From Laetmonice hystrix (Eukaryota), in NCBI GenBank assembly GCA_965235115.1, contig OZ249436.1:18726001-18790000 (forward strand): a DNA stretch of 64,000 nt, in the 5' to 3' direction. A model generated the notes under the pieces. That model was not told the origin of the DNA. It saw only the letters and a program-made list of their open reading frames with translations, and did not search any database. The number at the start of each line of letters is the position of its first letter. The first letter of the stretch is position 1. The translations under genes and the position numbers were made by a program. Shown here one piece after another: positions 62,707 to 64,000 of the stretch.

Positions 62707-64000
62707 GTCAACCTGTACCACGTGTCCAGTTCCTACCCACTCATTGGCTCAGTCCACGTTGTCATGGATACGGGAGACCAAGGAACGCAAGATCATCCTG
62801 ACCCTGGCCAACGAAACTTTGATCCACCTCCACGTTAACCTGTAGGCCTATCACGTACGTGTCCCGTTCCTACCCCCTCTTTGGCTCAACCCACATCGTC
62901 ATGGTTACGGGGGTCATGGTTACTGTGTATTGTTTTTCTATTTAGAAAACAGCGAGTAATAAATATGTATCAACTTCCGAAGATACCTTCATTTTTACAA
63001 GAAAGGTACACTTAATATCTTATCTCCCTCAGTGCAGGTTTCGAAGTGTCCGATATTAAAACGCTCCCAAGAGAAGAATTTTGTCTTACTGGACTTTCTT
63101 ATAACAGGCCCGTAGCCAGGGGGGGTGCGCAGGGTGCGTACGCACCCCCCCCCCCCCCCGACAGCCCAAGCTCCCCCTAATTTCAAAAGGTCGCAAGCAC
63201 TCGCTGGAGTACCCTGCACCCCCCCCCCCCCCCCCCACCTGCCCAACAGTCCAAGATCTTCCTAACTTCAGTTATTGTATGCTCCAAATTGCACCAGATA
63301 TCACCAAAATACACCTTAAATTCCAAAATTTTCTGGGGGACATGACCCTGGACCCGCCTAACTAGGCTTCGCGCTCTCAGCACTAAAAGTTTGCGGGCTT
63401 CGCACCTTTGGCCTGTGGGGCTTGTGTGCTTCGTGCCTATAGCTATGGGCGCTGGAGGACTGTAGGGGTAGGGGGTAGGGGGATTGCATTCCTGTTATAT
63501 TGACAGCCAAGGCCGTAGCTAGCGGGGGGGGGGGGGGCAGTTTCCCCCTGTAACACCCCCCCCCTCCAGAAAAATGTCATATTATATAGGCCTAATTTGA
63601 CTGCAAACTGGCTGGGATCGTCGGTGGTATCCTCAAAAGTGGCCCAGCAGGCTTTTCATTTCTATCAGAAAAGTGATCTCCAGATGCCGGGAAATAGCGG
63701 GTTTCTTTTGCCTTCCATATTATTTTTTTCCCCAAGGGAGGGCCCCCGGACCCCAAGCCGCAGGAACGGCTCACTCCATCGGCGCTCGCTGAATTTTACC
63801 TTAGCCTACAGCTTTATCTCTGCAGCCCCCCCCCCCCCCCCCCCCCCATATCTTGTCCATTACATTTGTAGGCTATAGTAGGCCTATTCCCATGTAGGGA
63901 GGGATCCAGGTTGGCGCCAAATGGGGGGAGGGGGGGTTGTGAGTGCCAAGAATGGGGGTAGGCCCCCTATGCTTGGTTTGAACCTTTCAAGCAGAAAAAA

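Overview
AT-rich, intron- and transposon-rich animal (invertebrate-type) genomic DNA. I reconstructed three spliced protein-coding genes by hand from splice sites and reading-frame phase. (1) The 3' part of a prominin (PROM1/CD133-like) gene on +, 352 to ~33406, with several candidate alternative C-terminal exons. (2) A two-exon AT-hook / 10x C2H2 zinc-finger gene of the ZNF653/ZFP91/ZNF692 family on -, 47363-51436. (3) A complete CatSper2 sperm cation-channel gene on +, 55858-62706, with 11 coding exons. CatSper2 contains a U12-type intron, a GC-AG intron, and a ~53-bp minisatellite built from an exon end plus its splice donor. Introns and intergenic DNA hold nested MITEs, a decayed CR1-type LINE, Helentron-like elements, a probable solo LTR, a SINE, a ~920-bp (TTC)n tract and a 69-bp tandem array carrying CTCF-like and CRE motifs. 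Family assignments rest on recalled motifs, not database searches, and the species cannot be determined from the sequence.
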